Shown here in pieces: positions 41,481 to 52,558 of a DNA stretch of 64,000 nucleotides. The stretch lies in the sequence record ON568341.1; one strand, given 5' to 3'. Position numbers and translations under genes: made by a program. The notes beneath the pieces were generated by a model. The model saw nothing but the letters and a program-made list of their open reading frames with translations, was not told where the DNA came from and did not search any database. The stretch's first letter is position 1. Each line of letters opens with the position of its first letter.

Positions 41481-42626
41481 TTATTTTTTCCAAGGAAGTA
41501 ACGAAGTTGGAATCTTGATAGGTATATTTGATGCAGCAACATCAGGAAAATTTGCATCTCCACAAACATACAAATTATCGATTTCGTCAATCAATAATGT
41601 ATAGTTGTAACTTCTACAAAAACCGCTTAAGCCTCTTCCCTCTAATGCAGATAAATTCATTTCAGTGAATTGAGTTATATATGTTTCATTTGAACCAACA
41701 CCACATTGACCATTAGCATTTATACCACAAGTAAGCAATTTATTATTGTTTTGAATTACACATGATGGTCCAGCAAGGTTCGTACCTAGTTCACCTACAA
41801 CATTAACTTCACCTTTTAATGATAAATTTTGGATCACTGTACTCATAGGGACACGCGATGTATTTCCAACACCTGCTTGTCCTGAGCCATTAGTGGATGC
41901 AACTTTAACAGTACCGTCATTAAGAAAAATATAAGATGTTTCGATGGTATTAACTGCTTGTGTAGCTGTTGTTATTGTCGTATCCTGCTTGAATTTAAGT
42001 ACATTTGTTGTTGTTGAACCAGATATAAATGTAGCACCTGCGTACCAATAGGTTCCATCTTGAAGTACTAAACCAGTACTTCTAATTGAACACCCTGCAC
42101 TGCGAACATTTTCTATATGACTATATGTAAAGGTTGATACGATTGAAGATTCACCATTACCGAACACCCCACCAGTACCTGCACCACAGAAAAACCATTT
42201 ACCGTTTTTCAAAAATACACGCATACAAGCAGAAATAACCACACTATCAATATCACTTGCAGCTACACCAAAATCGGTAAAGAAATGAGTTATATCAATC
42301 CAATTACCACCAGTATTTGATGGGAGATGGGGAATTACAACTCTAGTCCCTGTGTACCAGATTGTATCATCATCTTTAATAACAAGAGTACCTTGAACAC
42401 CACCCCAATACCTTGTTACATTTGTATTAACAAGCCTCCACTCAGTAGATGATTCAGTGGAGCCATTACCACCTTGACCATAAGATGATGAGCCGTGCCA
42501 GTATAAATTTCCATTTTTATCTAAATAAAATTTTGCATCAGCCGAACATTGCAATCTGTATTTGAATACGGTTTTTGGTGCTGGTGCAATATTTGCATAT
42601 TTTAGCATTCTACCAAAAGGTAACAT
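41481..42626 (-). CDS. MLPF-array protein 9, RCC1/BLIP-II-like beta-propeller
   Basis: MLPFGRMLKYAN; repeats HGSSSYGQGGNG, GINANGQCGVG. Confidence 0.8.
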   Translation of the reverse strand: MLPFGRMLKYANIAPAPKTVFKYRLQCSADAKFYLDKNGNLYWHGSSSYGQGGNGSTESSTEWRLVNTNVTRYWGGVQGTLVIKDDDTIWYTGTRVVIPHLPSNTGGNWIDITHFFTDFGVAASDIDSVVISACMRVFLKNGKWFFCGAGTGGVFGNGESSIVSTFTYSHIENVRSAGCSIRSTGLVLQDGTYWYAGATFISGSTTTNVLKFKQDTTITTATQAVNTIETSYIFLNDGTVKVASTNGSGQAGVGNTSRVPMSTVIQNLSLKGEVNVVGELGTNLAGPSCVIQNNNKLLTCGINANGQCGVGSNETYITQFTEMNLSALEGRGLSGFCRSYNYTLLIDEIDNLYVCGDANFPDVAASNIPIKIPTSLLPWKK

Positions 42627-42704
42627 AATTTTTCTCCTTCATTCATTATACTGTATTTAATCCAATTAAGAAAAGCTAGTATCAAGTACTGGCATTTAAA
42701 AGAA

Positions 42705-43880
42705 TCAAATTGTCGGAAGTGGGAATTCTTTCATCACCGATGAACTGTTTGCTGCAATATTATCAGGAGATTTACCAGCGTAGTATAATTTATTATTAAT
42801 AAACATATATAGCGTTGCATCGTTCCCTGCTACAAGAGAATTACTTTTCTTAAAAATAACCCCTGGGGGTAAAATAGCTTCAACAAATGAACCTGATTCT
42901 CGTGTTGAATTGTTTGCCAATTGACCATTATTATTATAACCAGTACTATAAATTTTACCTGAACTATAATACACAAGACCACGTGTACTAATGTTTTCTA
43001 TACGAATGAATTCACTATCGTCCGGTACTGTAGTTGATAGAACTGGGTATAACTTATAAGCTGATGTTACATTATTATTACCCAATTGACCATAACCTTG
43101 AAAGCCTAGTGCATACATAGGACATGATTCTGGTGTACCTTTTGTTATAATACCAATATAATTCGAACTACAAAAAATATCCACTGCTTCTACAACATTT
43201 GTACCCTTATATTGAACCCAAGGAAATACATATGATTGTTGTTTGCCATTACCCAAAACACCGGAAGTTGTTGTACCTGTACGCCACATTGTATCATCAA
43301 GTTTAATAATCCAGTTAGCAGTTGTTATAGTTGAACAGAATTTTTTAACATTATCAACCAAGTATGTAAATTTATTATAATATGATGCAGTGTTTATTCC
43401 AAATTTAGCACCAGTATTGTCACCTAACAAATATAAACTATTATCTGTACCTAAAATCAAAACATAATCATGACCCACGTATATCTTTTTGATTTTTGAA
43501 ATACCAAATTGTGTAAAATAGCTGGTACATTCAGTGAATATTGTTACATGATTTGATGTATTATTACCTAGCCATTTATCTAAACCACTATAAAAGAACC
43601 TATCATCATTTGTGCGTATTAGACAAAAAGAATTATTTGTACTGCACCAGAAATCTTTGACATTACTATATATTTTTGTCCATTCAGTTACTTGATTAGT
43701 ATGACCTAAACCAAAAATTCCACCATTTTGTAGTCCCATAGCCCATATTGAACCATTTTTATCAAGAAGCATTGTGCATGTAAATGAATACCCACACGCT
43801 GGAGTAACTAATTTAACAAAATTGGGAATATATGGTAAAACTTTATTCCCATAATTCACCATTCTTCCAAAAGGTAACAT
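42705..43880 (-). CDS. MLPF-array protein 8, RCC1-like
   Basis: MLPFGRMVNYGN; GFQGYGQLG, GYNNNGQLA. Confidence 0.8.
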   Translation of the reverse strand: MLPFGRMVNYGNKVLPYIPNFVKLVTPACGYSFTCTMLLDKNGSIWAMGLQNGGIFGLGHTNQVTEWTKIYSNVKDFWCSTNNSFCLIRTNDDRFFYSGLDKWLGNNTSNHVTIFTECTSYFTQFGISKIKKIYVGHDYVLILGTDNSLYLLGDNTGAKFGINTASYYNKFTYLVDNVKKFCSTITTANWIIKLDDTMWRTGTTTSGVLGNGKQQSYVFPWVQYKGTNVVEAVDIFCSSNYIGIITKGTPESCPMYALGFQGYGQLGNNNVTSAYKLYPVLSTTVPDDSEFIRIENISTRGLVYYSSGKIYSTGYNNNGQLANNSTRESGSFVEAILPPGVIFKKSNSLVAGNDATLYMFINNKLYYAGKSPDNIAANSSSVMKEFPLPTI

Positions 43881-43953
43881 ATTCTCTCCTTATTCATTAT
43901 AATATATATTTAATACAAATAATAATGCCAGTACTCAAATACTGGCATTATTA

Positions 43954-45144
43954 TTACAATTGTCTAGGTGTATCCAGAACATATCTATTTGTGCTAGGAC
44001 CGCCATCATCATAAGTTCCGGTTGAATATATATTTTTCATATCAGCAGTTAGAAATGTACGATACGAACCTCTATATATTTTTATTTTATCATACATATT
44101 ATATGTAATTTGTGCTGGCATTGGACATATAGTAAATCTTCCAATAGTCCCCACTGAACCTACCCCCAATGAGCCAGCATAACTACTCGCATTTAAACCA
44201 GTTGCATATACACCAGAACTCGTAACTAGTATACTAGATTGTGATGGGTATCCAGTATGAATTGAATACAAAGTTCCAGGTGGTAATGTCGTACTATTTC
44301 TCCCTAATACAGCAAGTGCCGAACTGGATGTGGTATTATTACCCCATGCACCATTACTTGCTAAACCACCAACTAGGAACTGACGTACACCCGTACTTGG
44401 ATTTTCCACCAAAGCACTGACTGAACCCATTGAGCATCCAGTGTATTGTAACGTTTTTGTGTATGTTGTACTTGGCTGATATAAAGTATATTCATTATAT
44501 AAAGTCCATGTAGTACTGGAACTTATACCGGATGTACCACCACCAATATATAAATTATTTTGTTTATCAAACAACATTACACAGTTATTTGTTGACATTA
44601 TTTGTGCAATATCAACATTAGGTGTTACTGCTTTTACAAATGAACCATCTGTTATTTGTTGAGTTTTTCCAGTACCATCAGCGAATTGTCTAGCCCCACT
44701 CCAACCAGTACTCCATATTGTATTATTATCCATTAAGAAAGTAAACCACGTAGTACCTGCATACATCTGTTTAATTGAAGTACTTGAACTTTGTTTGTAC
44801 AAATTTTCAATATATTGGTTATAACTTAAAAATGATGTAGTACTGGTTGGTAAACCAATATGACTACCAAATCCACAATAGAAATAATTTAAGTCATTAT
44901 CTTGAACTAACAAAGTTCCTTGTGTGATCCAGCAATCATTAACGTTTTCTCTAATTAATGTCCATGTTCTTAATGCAGTGTTGTTTCCTCTCCCAAACTG
45001 CCCAAAACTATTATTACCTCGTGCATATAGTTGACCATCAGTATAAAGTACAACAACATCAGTATCGGTTGTTAGTATTTTCTTAATTTGAAGTGGGATA
45101 GGTACAATATTCCCGTACTTAACCATTCTTGCAAAAGGTAACAT
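43954..45144 (-). CDS. MLPF-array protein 7, RCC1-like
   Basis: MLPFARMVKYGN; LYARGNNSFGQFGRG. Confidence 0.8.
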   Translation of the reverse strand: MLPFARMVKYGNIVPIPLQIKKILTTDTDVVVLYTDGQLYARGNNSFGQFGRGNNTALRTWTLIRENVNDCWITQGTLLVQDNDLNYFYCGFGSHIGLPTSTTSFLSYNQYIENLYKQSSSTSIKQMYAGTTWFTFLMDNNTIWSTGWSGARQFADGTGKTQQITDGSFVKAVTPNVDIAQIMSTNNCVMLFDKQNNLYIGGGTSGISSSTTWTLYNEYTLYQPSTTYTKTLQYTGCSMGSVSALVENPSTGVRQFLVGGLASNGAWGNNTTSSSALAVLGRNSTTLPPGTLYSIHTGYPSQSSILVTSSGVYATGLNASSYAGSLGVGSVGTIGRFTICPMPAQITYNMYDKIKIYRGSYRTFLTADMKNIYSTGTYDDGGPSTNRYVLDTPRQL

Positions 45145-45215
45145 ATTTTCCTCCTTTATTCATTATACTATATTTAATCAAAAAGAAAAGCCAGTATCAA
45201 GTACTGGCCTATATT

Positions 45216-45953
45216 TTAGACTGAATTGTTAGGATAATATCTCCCCCTTCCCCATATTATTCGCACAGCACCACCACCAGCAGCCGTATAAGAAGAATTA
45301 TCCCATATACTACCACCACCACCATACCTCTTACCAGCACCACCACTACCAGCACCACCATTATATGAACCACCGTAGCTACCACCAATACCATTAGCAC
45401 CTTGAACAATGATACCAGTACCACCACCCGTACCAATGAACGAGGTACTATAGAATGTACCACCCCCACCGCCGCCACCAGCACCATTTTCACCAGTGAT
45501 TGCATCTCCGTTACCACCTTTACCAGTGTAGCCACCAGCACCACCACCAATGACTGCACCACCACTTACACCAGTGTTGCCACCATTACCACCACCATCA
45601 TTAATAGCGTTAGCAGCTTTTCCACCTAGTCCACCAACCGTATATGCACCAGTGAAGCTAACACATAGTTTTTCAGTTCCACGATATAAACCGTTTTCAA
45701 CTGCTGTAGTAGTGTTGGGATGTGTAAGAGAAACACTTAAGTACTCACCACCAGAAACCGGAATATTATTACGCCACGATAAGCCGCCACCAGCACCACG
45801 TTGACCACCCGGCGAAATAACACATACTGATATTTCGGTAACGCCAGCAGGAACTGTAAATTGTGTTGTTCCTATTGTCGTGATTAATTGTTCACCATGT
45901 GGCTTATATTCAATTTTATTCCCGAACTTAACCATTCTTCCAAAAGGTAACAT
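45216..45953 (-). CDS. MLPF-array protein 6, glycine-rich tail-fibre-like domain instead of propeller
   Basis: MLPFGRMVKFGN then FTVPAGVTEISV..GAGGG and AGGGAVRIIW. Confidence 0.8.
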   Translation of the reverse strand: MLPFGRMVKFGNKIEYKPHGEQLITTIGTTQFTVPAGVTEISVCVISPGGQRGAGGGLSWRNNIPVSGGEYLSVSLTHPNTTTAVENGLYRGTEKLCVSFTGAYTVGGLGGKAANAINDGGGNGGNTGVSGGAVIGGGAGGYTGKGGNGDAITGENGAGGGGGGGTFYSTSFIGTGGGTGIIVQGANGIGGSYGGSYNGGAGSGGAGKRYGGGGSIWDNSSYTAAGGGAVRIIWGRGRYYPNNSV

Positions 45954-46024
45954 AATTCCCTCCTTTATTTGTTATACTATATTTAATACAAAAAGAAAAG
46001 CCAGTACTCAGTACTGGCATAATG

Positions 46025-47167
46025 TCAATAAGTATCCCAAGGTAATGGTGTCTTCCTAAATCCATACCTGGTTGTGCTCGCACCATCACCAGCAATGTAT
46101 CTACCTATACCACATTGGTATAACTCTGTACTACTACATATAGCACCACCTATAGTACCACTACTCCACTGAATTATATTAGAATATGTTATTGGTAAAT
46201 CACTACATTTAGTATATACAGCAACGGTAGAAGCACCACTAATACCACCAAACATACTTCGCTTAGCACCAGTGTAATATATACCATCTGGACTCATAAA
46301 TGCAGAGGTGTAAGTTGTACTGCAATCCACTGGACTTCTTATTGTATTAAGATCGCCTGGATATGTTCTGACACCAAAGGTGTATACATTACCATCAGTT
46401 GTAATACCATTACCTAACTGCCCACTGTTTTGTCCACCACATGTAAGCAACGATGCAGAACCAGAAACAATTGCAGTAGCATTATACGAAGTGCCCATTG
46501 CAATAGAAGCACCAGACAATAGTTTTGGAGTAACAATAGCTGTTGTATTACCCTGGCCTAATTCACCATTTGTGTTTCGTCCCCATGCGTATATGGAAGT
46601 AGTATCCAACCTACATAGTACTGAACCATAACTAAACGTATATCGCATGTCAATTACCGCAGAAGGCAAATTAACCTTAGTTGCAACACTAATAACACCA
46701 CCAGTAACACCACTGTTTGCGTTCATGTTACGACCATATGCATATAAAGAACCATCTGAAGTTTTAATATGCATCATACCATCTGTACAATATAATGCAT
46801 CTATACTCTCCACCGCAACCGGACCCATACTGGTAGTTATATCGGTCCACCCAAGAGTAGTAGTACTAGAAATTAAGTTATTTCCTGCGTATAGTATTCT
46901 ATTATTATTAGTAACTACAACTGTATATCTGGCAGTAACACCAATTAATCGAACATCAGTATATATCTTAGACCACGCACCTAATGAATTGGTGTTTGCA
47001 TCCAAAAAGCCCAACTGCCCATCTGTATTGTATCCAATGCCCCATACATCACCTGCACTGTCCAATAACACTTCATGTGAAAATCCAATCTTAAAATCTT
47101 TTATTGTAGGAACTACCGGATCTGGTGCAATATTCCCGTACTTAACCATTCTAGTAAAAGGTAACAT
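46025..47167 (-). CDS. MLPF-array protein 5, RCC1-like
   Basis: MLPFTRMVKYGN; WGIGYNTDGQLG, WGRNTNGELGQG. Confidence 0.82.
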   Translation of the reverse strand: MLPFTRMVKYGNIAPDPVVPTIKDFKIGFSHEVLLDSAGDVWGIGYNTDGQLGFLDANTNSLGAWSKIYTDVRLIGVTARYTVVVTNNNRILYAGNNLISSTTTLGWTDITTSMGPVAVESIDALYCTDGMMHIKTSDGSLYAYGRNMNANSGVTGGVISVATKVNLPSAVIDMRYTFSYGSVLCRLDTTSIYAWGRNTNGELGQGNTTAIVTPKLLSGASIAMGTSYNATAIVSGSASLLTCGGQNSGQLGNGITTDGNVYTFGVRTYPGDLNTIRSPVDCSTTYTSAFMSPDGIYYTGAKRSMFGGISGASTVAVYTKCSDLPITYSNIIQWSSGTIGGAICSSTELYQCGIGRYIAGDGASTTRYGFRKTPLPWDTY

Positions 47168-47240
47168 AATTCCCTCCCTTATTCATTATAATATATTTAA
47201 TACAAAAAAGAAAAGCCAGTACTTGAGTACTGGCATTATG

Positions 47241-48350
47241 TTATTTTGGTAAATCAATTTTAGTAAAGACTGCAACATCCTCGCTTGCCCCAGGAATGGC
47301 GTAATACGATCCAGTACTATATACATCTCCGTCTTTGGTTAATATTGATGTTAAACCATCACTAAAAAGAACATCCCTAATCTCACTAACTTCAACGGGT
47401 AATTGTAAATTAGTAGCACTATATATTGCACCAGTTTGAGAATTGTTTAATCCCAAACCACGGTTCGCCCCAACACCCTTCTGATATGTACTAGTAATTA
47501 TCATTTGTGTAGCAGTATTTAAGGCAGGTGAATTCGTCATAAACAACGGAGAACTATTAGGCAAAGTACTTGCAGGAACTGCACGAAATGAAGTTGTATC
47601 TGAACTAAGAAAGTTTGGCGTTTGACCACATACGAAATATGATGTACCATTATAGTAATTAAATGCATTACCACCAATGACTGCATCGATTACACCAGAG
47701 CTACGTAATCCCCACGTGTTAATTTGTGTTCGGTTCCCCGTGCCATGCTGACCCCTGTCATTCCACCCAGAACTATATAACTTATTATCTAATGTAATAT
47801 ACATACTGTCATTTGCATTCGTCATTACTTTACGCACATTAGTAGCACATTGAGTTAATGTGTAAATTGATGATGAACCAATACCTAAAGCACCACGATA
47901 TCCATTAGCTCCTGCACCATAGAGTACTGAACTAGTGCTAAGTACAAATATTAAACCATACGAACATACAATATTAGCAATTTCACTCACTGGTATAGCA
48001 CTGGTAAACCAATTAGTTCTTTCAACTAATACTGTGCTGTAAGAAGTAGTTGTAGACGATGTGAACCAATATGTTTCCCCTGATGTCCATATAGTATTAT
48101 CATTTTTAATAATAACAAGTGCACGATCACCTACGAAAAAATTAGAAACATCTGCACTTACTAATATCCATGAAGATACCGTGTTTTTATTACCATTTCC
48201 AGATTCACCACCTTGATTTCTACCTATGTAATATAAATCATGTGAATCAGTTAATAAGAATTGACCCTGTGTAGATGCACCAACTTTAATTATATTTTTA
48301 GGACCAGGTACAATATTCCCATAATCAAACATTCTTACAAAAGGTAACAT
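47241..48350 (-). CDS. MLPF-array protein 4, RCC1-like
   Basis: True start MLPFVRMFDYGN at 48350; GWNDRGQHGTG. Confidence 0.8.
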   Translation of the reverse strand: MLPFVRMFDYGNIVPGPKNIIKVGASTQGQFLLTDSHDLYYIGRNQGGESGNGNKNTVSSWILVSADVSNFFVGDRALVIIKNDNTIWTSGETYWFTSSTTTSYSTVLVERTNWFTSAIPVSEIANIVCSYGLIFVLSTSSVLYGAGANGYRGALGIGSSSIYTLTQCATNVRKVMTNANDSMYITLDNKLYSSGWNDRGQHGTGNRTQINTWGLRSSGVIDAVIGGNAFNYYNGTSYFVCGQTPNFLSSDTTSFRAVPASTLPNSSPLFMTNSPALNTATQMIITSTYQKGVGANRGLGLNNSQTGAIYSATNLQLPVEVSEIRDVLFSDGLTSILTKDGDVYSTGSYYAIPGASEDVAVFTKIDLPK

Positions 48351-48425
48351 AACTAAAATCTCCATATAATAATTATAATGTATTTACAAAAAAATACCAG
48401 CACATATTTCAGTACTGGTATAATG

Positions 48426-49607
48426 TTATGGTAAAATAATAGCTTGTAACGAACTCATACCCAATGTTGGAACACTCGCCTGTGGTGCTGGAGAATTCAA
48501 TTTTGGTGATGAAACCGCATATGACATTCCTGAACCCAAATCTGGATCAAAAACTACAGCACAATAATTCCCACTATATATAAGTCCATTCTTGTATCCT
48601 TGTGCACTTTGAATGCATTTCGTGAACGTACCAATATCTGTAGTGGCATTTATTAAGTTCCTCCCACGATAACCGCAGGTGTATATGAAATTATCATCGC
48701 CTATGTACATACTAGAATCCCCAGAAGAACTACATAGATACGACATATAAGCACGCATGTTTTTAGGAGCAACTGACAATGTACCTGCATAGAATTTATT
48801 ATTCGAACCCGTAATATTACCATCACCCAATGCACCAAAACTTCCCCAGCCAGTACCGTAATATCTCTTATCACTCAAAAATATAATACAGTTGTTATTA
48901 CACATCTTGATTTGATATATCAATGAAGGATCAATCCCAGGGAATGATTCAGTGAATGTTAGAACAGCCGGATCAGTACTAGCATTACATTGATGATATG
49001 TATTAGTACCAGCGGACAAGATTGTTCCATTAGCTAACAGAATTCTCGCAGTACCAGTACCAGCAGTACAAGCAACTGCACTTCCTGCACTTCCGGTGTA
49101 TATTTGTCTGAAAGTAAAGAAACCAACAGTTTTACTTCCCTGCCCACTCCAACCAGTATTATCAACTCCACACGCCCATACTGAACCATCTTGCATGATC
49201 ATCATTACACCAAAGCGTTCTATTGAAATATAAACAATCTTCGTTGTATCAACTGCACTAAATCTAGAAGTTATATCAGTCCATACCTTAACACTTACCG
49301 CCGTCGCACTGGAAGTAGGATCTTCACCAGCTATCATTATCCTCCCATTGTTAGTAAGATACATTGTCTGACTATAACCAGTACTACAAAACTTAACACT
49401 ATCAGTCTCTGGAACTTTTAACCACTCGTTGTAACGTGTTACGTTAGTGTTATTACCTAACTGATAATAGTTATTCATCCCAGATACATATAACACACCA
49501 TCCTTTATTAAACTATAAGTCGCACTATAGTCACTACAGGTATAACGTGTACCCACAGGTGGCTCAACGACGTTCCCGTACTTAACCATTCTCCCAAAAG
49601 GTAACAT
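48426..49607 (-). CDS. MLPF-array protein 3, RCC1-like
   Basis: MLPFGRMVKYGN; SGMNNYYQLG. Confidence 0.8.
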   Translation of the reverse strand: MLPFGRMVKYGNVVEPPVGTRYTCSDYSATYSLIKDGVLYVSGMNNYYQLGNNTNVTRYNEWLKVPETDSVKFCSTGYSQTMYLTNNGRIMIAGEDPTSSATAVSVKVWTDITSRFSAVDTTKIVYISIERFGVMMIMQDGSVWACGVDNTGWSGQGSKTVGFFTFRQIYTGSAGSAVACTAGTGTARILLANGTILSAGTNTYHQCNASTDPAVLTFTESFPGIDPSLIYQIKMCNNNCIIFLSDKRYYGTGWGSFGALGDGNITGSNNKFYAGTLSVAPKNMRAYMSYLCSSSGDSSMYIGDDNFIYTCGYRGRNLINATTDIGTFTKCIQSAQGYKNGLIYSGNYCAVVFDPDLGSGMSYAVSSPKLNSPAPQASVPTLGMSSLQAIILP

Positions 49608-49680
49608 AATAAAATCTCCGTAATTAAATTATATAGTATTTACAAAAAATACCAGTACATATTTCAGTACTGACCTATTA

Positions 49681-50802
49681 TTAAAAGGGCAACGGTAACT
49701 CAGTAAAAGTACTTACGTCCGGTAAACCATACATTAAATTAGCATCACCACAGTAATACCACTTCGTAGAATCATGTACCACCGATAAACGCTGTGCACA
49801 TAACACTTCCTGTATGTCATTAAACACCATCGGGACTAACTCATATGTATCTGCAAATGAAGATTCACTACCACTCGCATGAAAAGTATTTGTCCCAGCA
49901 TAAAATAACTGATTAGTGTTCTTACCCACAGCAAATGTTATCAAAACCCCATCATTCTCCCATAAAGAAGAAAACTTATCAACACTACCAGAAAGCTCTG
50001 TGTAAGTACTCGTAATGGCACTCGCCGCCGCCGCATTACCCATCTGTTTATTCAAGTTCTGTCCAGCAATAAAATATCTCGTTCGTGCACTAGAATCAGT
50101 ATATAATAACCCAGTGTTCGTAGTCATCATTCCAATGTCCTTAATCGTCATATCAGTCTGTGAATAACTTAGATACGAAGTTAAATTAACATTATTACCC
50201 AACGAACCGTTAGAACTCATGCCACAACGATGTAATATACCACTTGTATCAACGTAGATAGTACTAACTAAACTCGTATACAACTCTTGTACATTATTCG
50301 CAATAAACACAGCAGTCGCCTTATTACTAACCCCACCAAATGATAGGTTATTATCAAATCCCTTAGCGTATAATTGATTATTAGTAGTCAATAATCCAAT
50401 CGTGTAATAAGACATTTTCATATCCCTTACTGTACTCAAATCTACTGCCCCAAATTGATACGTAACATCTGTCCATTTGAAAATCTGTGCACTACCAACA
50501 CCACCCGTTTCAAACCATTTGTCACCACAGTACAATATGCGATTATCCTTAGTAAAGATAACTGTTAACAATCCACTACCACACGCAAACTTTACATCAC
50601 TTCTAACCTTCGTCCAATCAAGTACATAGGTAGTGGTGTTATTACCTATACCTAACTTGCCATAACGGTTATAACCACGCACCCATAAATCACCACTCTT
50701 AGTAATTAATAGTAATGCGTCTCCTGTACTTATTATTCGAAATCCCGAACTAGGATCAGGGGCAATATTCCCGTACTTAACCATTCTCCCAAAAGGTAAC
50801 AT
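49681..50802 (-). CDS. MLPF-array protein 2, RCC1-like
   Basis: MLPFGRMVKYGN; WVRGYNRYGKLGIG. Confidence 0.8.
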   Translation of the reverse strand: MLPFGRMVKYGNIAPDPSSGFRIISTGDALLLITKSGDLWVRGYNRYGKLGIGNNTTTYVLDWTKVRSDVKFACGSGLLTVIFTKDNRILYCGDKWFETGGVGSAQIFKWTDVTYQFGAVDLSTVRDMKMSYYTIGLLTTNNQLYAKGFDNNLSFGGVSNKATAVFIANNVQELYTSLVSTIYVDTSGILHRCGMSSNGSLGNNVNLTSYLSYSQTDMTIKDIGMMTTNTGLLYTDSSARTRYFIAGQNLNKQMGNAAAASAITSTYTELSGSVDKFSSLWENDGVLITFAVGKNTNQLFYAGTNTFHASGSESSFADTYELVPMVFNDIQEVLCAQRLSVVHDSTKWYYCGDANLMYGLPDVSTFTELPLPF

Positions 50803-50875
50803 ATTTTCCTCCTTTATTCATTATACTATATTTAATACAAAAAGAAATGCCAGTATCAAGTACTGGCATATTAAT

Positions 50876-52024
50876 TCATTGTATAAATGACATATCTACT
50901 TCTGTATAATTAAGAACGTTCTGTCCAGAAATACCACCCATTACTACTATTGCAAGGCCACAATAATATAATTTTCCAGTATCCGTAAGTATAAGTGATC
51001 CAGATGGACTGCGTACCAAATCACACGAACTATTAAAAGAAGTATAAGAAGGAGTATAGGAGTACTGATTATTATTATTACCAACACCTAATTGCCCAAA
51101 CCCATTCGATCCAGAAGCATATAGAACTTCATCTGCTTTGACAATATGTGATGCCATGTTACCAACACAAGTATATAGAGTATAAACTCCTGAACTCAAT
51201 AATGTCGGAGTTTTATATTGTATATCTGTAGATGTAGAAGTACCACCTGTACCAAATTCGTTCCCATATTGTGCACCGAACTGTTTGCCACAAGCGTACA
51301 AATTATTATCCGATTTGATAAAAAATGTACTCTGATAACTTACATTAAAATCTATAACATCCGAAGAAATCATCGTCACCCCAGTAATAGAAGTTTGATT
51401 ACCCGTGCCCAACTGGTAGTAATAGTTAAAACCACAACCCCATAAAGTATTATCTTCTCGCAAATAAATGTTACCAACTGCCTTTTTAACCGAAGTTATA
51501 GTATCTACTCTTTTGAATGTGTTAAAAGAATTAATGTTTGTACCATCACCAAATGATGATATGTTCGATATATTGTTAACTCCACAACAATACAATGTAC
51601 CATCTTTTGTTATCAAATTCACCTTCATATCATAAAAACTACTCATGTATTTTATATCAGAAACATTAACACCACTTGATGTTATCCACGTAGTACAGTC
51701 CGTCCACAAAGTTTTTCTATCAGTTACACCAGTGAATGCCTTCGTGTTACCAGTGATAAAAACTTTTCCAGTACCTTTCTCTTCATACAATTGACAATCA
51801 CTACTGTTATCTTCCAATAGAACTCGTTTAACATTCTCCGCACAAAGAATAAATTTACTCGATGCTACACCTGTACCAGTACCCCAATTCGTCGCAGAAG
51901 ATGCATACAACTTATCAGTATAAGTATCATGAAGATACATAGAATCACTGGAATATATTTTAAAACGCCCTTCTTTCTCAGGTATAATATTCCCGTACTT
52001 AACCATTCTCCCAAAAGGTAACAT
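50876..52024 (-). CDS. MLPF-array protein 1, RCC1-like
   Basis: MLPFGRMVKYGN; WGCGFNYYYQLGTG, SGSNGFGQLGVG. Confidence 0.82.
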   Translation of the reverse strand: MLPFGRMVKYGNIIPEKEGRFKIYSSDSMYLHDTYTDKLYASSATNWGTGTGVASSKFILCAENVKRVLLEDNSSDCQLYEEKGTGKVFITGNTKAFTGVTDRKTLWTDCTTWITSSGVNVSDIKYMSSFYDMKVNLITKDGTLYCCGVNNISNISSFGDGTNINSFNTFKRVDTITSVKKAVGNIYLREDNTLWGCGFNYYYQLGTGNQTSITGVTMISSDVIDFNVSYQSTFFIKSDNNLYACGKQFGAQYGNEFGTGGTSTSTDIQYKTPTLLSSGVYTLYTCVGNMASHIVKADEVLYASGSNGFGQLGVGNNNNQYSYTPSYTSFNSSCDLVRSPSGSLILTDTGKLYYCGLAIVVMGGISGQNVLNYTEVDMSFIQ

Positions 52025-52066
52025 ATTCCCTCCTTATTCATTATATCATATTTACCCAAAAAACAC

Positions 52067-52095
52067 TTGACACCCTTTCAGTACTGTTGTACAAT
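52067..52095 (+). promoter_or_regulatory. sigma70-like promoter with CAGTACTG box for small-gene array
   Basis: TTGACA-17-TACAAT. Confidence 0.75.
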
Positions 52096-52120
52096 AGAAG
52101 GAATATTAGGAGAACTACAT

Positions 52121-52348
52121 ATGACAAATACCCTTAAGTACTACCTCAATACTCTGCCCGACCTAGAGTACGGGAAGTTTCTCGCAGATAGTTCGTGGCT
52201 GATTGAGCTAAAAAAATATAATAGTCCCGGATGCACCCTTATGATGAACAATGCAATTGATACCCTTATAGTGAGTATTTTACATAGCAACATCTACGGG
52301 GATAACAATAAACAATTAACAAAAATCTTAGTACTGCTATCTCTATGA
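52121..52348 (+). CDS. small helical paralog 1
   Basis: SD AGGAG; MTNTLKYYLNTLP. Confidence 0.7.
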   Translation: MTNTLKYYLNTLPDLEYGKFLADSSWLIELKKYNSPGCTLMMNNAIDTLIVSILHSNIYGDNNKQLTKILVLLSL

Positions 52349-52557
52349 ACACTATGAGCACTGAACAGTTCTACATCAATGCACTACCAACTAAAAGTCT
52401 TCAAGAAAGCTTACTGTATACACAAAAGAATTTTAAAAACTTCAAACGTTGCCCTAAACTACTGAACTCGTACAGGAATAATATTATAAGAAATGTTTTA
52501 CAAGGAGAAGAAAGTATGCAATACTATCACATCCTTATACTTATATTGGAGTACTAA
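52345..52557 (+). CDS. small helical paralog 2
   Basis: EQFYINALP..YYHILILILEY. Confidence 0.75.
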   Translation: MNTMSTEQFYINALPTKSLQESLLYTQKNFKNFKRCPKLLNSYRNNIIRNVLQGEESMQYYHILILILEY

Positions 52558-52558
52558 T

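Larger units (their letters stand above)
42627..52060 (-). repeat. repeated intergenic cassette (terminator hairpin + TAAATA late promoter + SD) before each array gene
   Basis: At 42627-704, 43881-953, 45145-215, 45954-46024, 47168-240, 48351-425, 49608-680, 50803-875: (G/A)CCAGTA..TACTGG(C/T) hairpin, T-run, TAAATA, TATAAT, GGAG, ATGTTACC. Confidence 0.85.

Noticed and set aside
45257-47252. Plus-strand ORFs 45257..45565, 45402..45629, 45550..45804, 46380..46631, 46647..47252
   Set aside because: Antisense shadows of Gly/Thr-rich array genes, with no SD or promoter.
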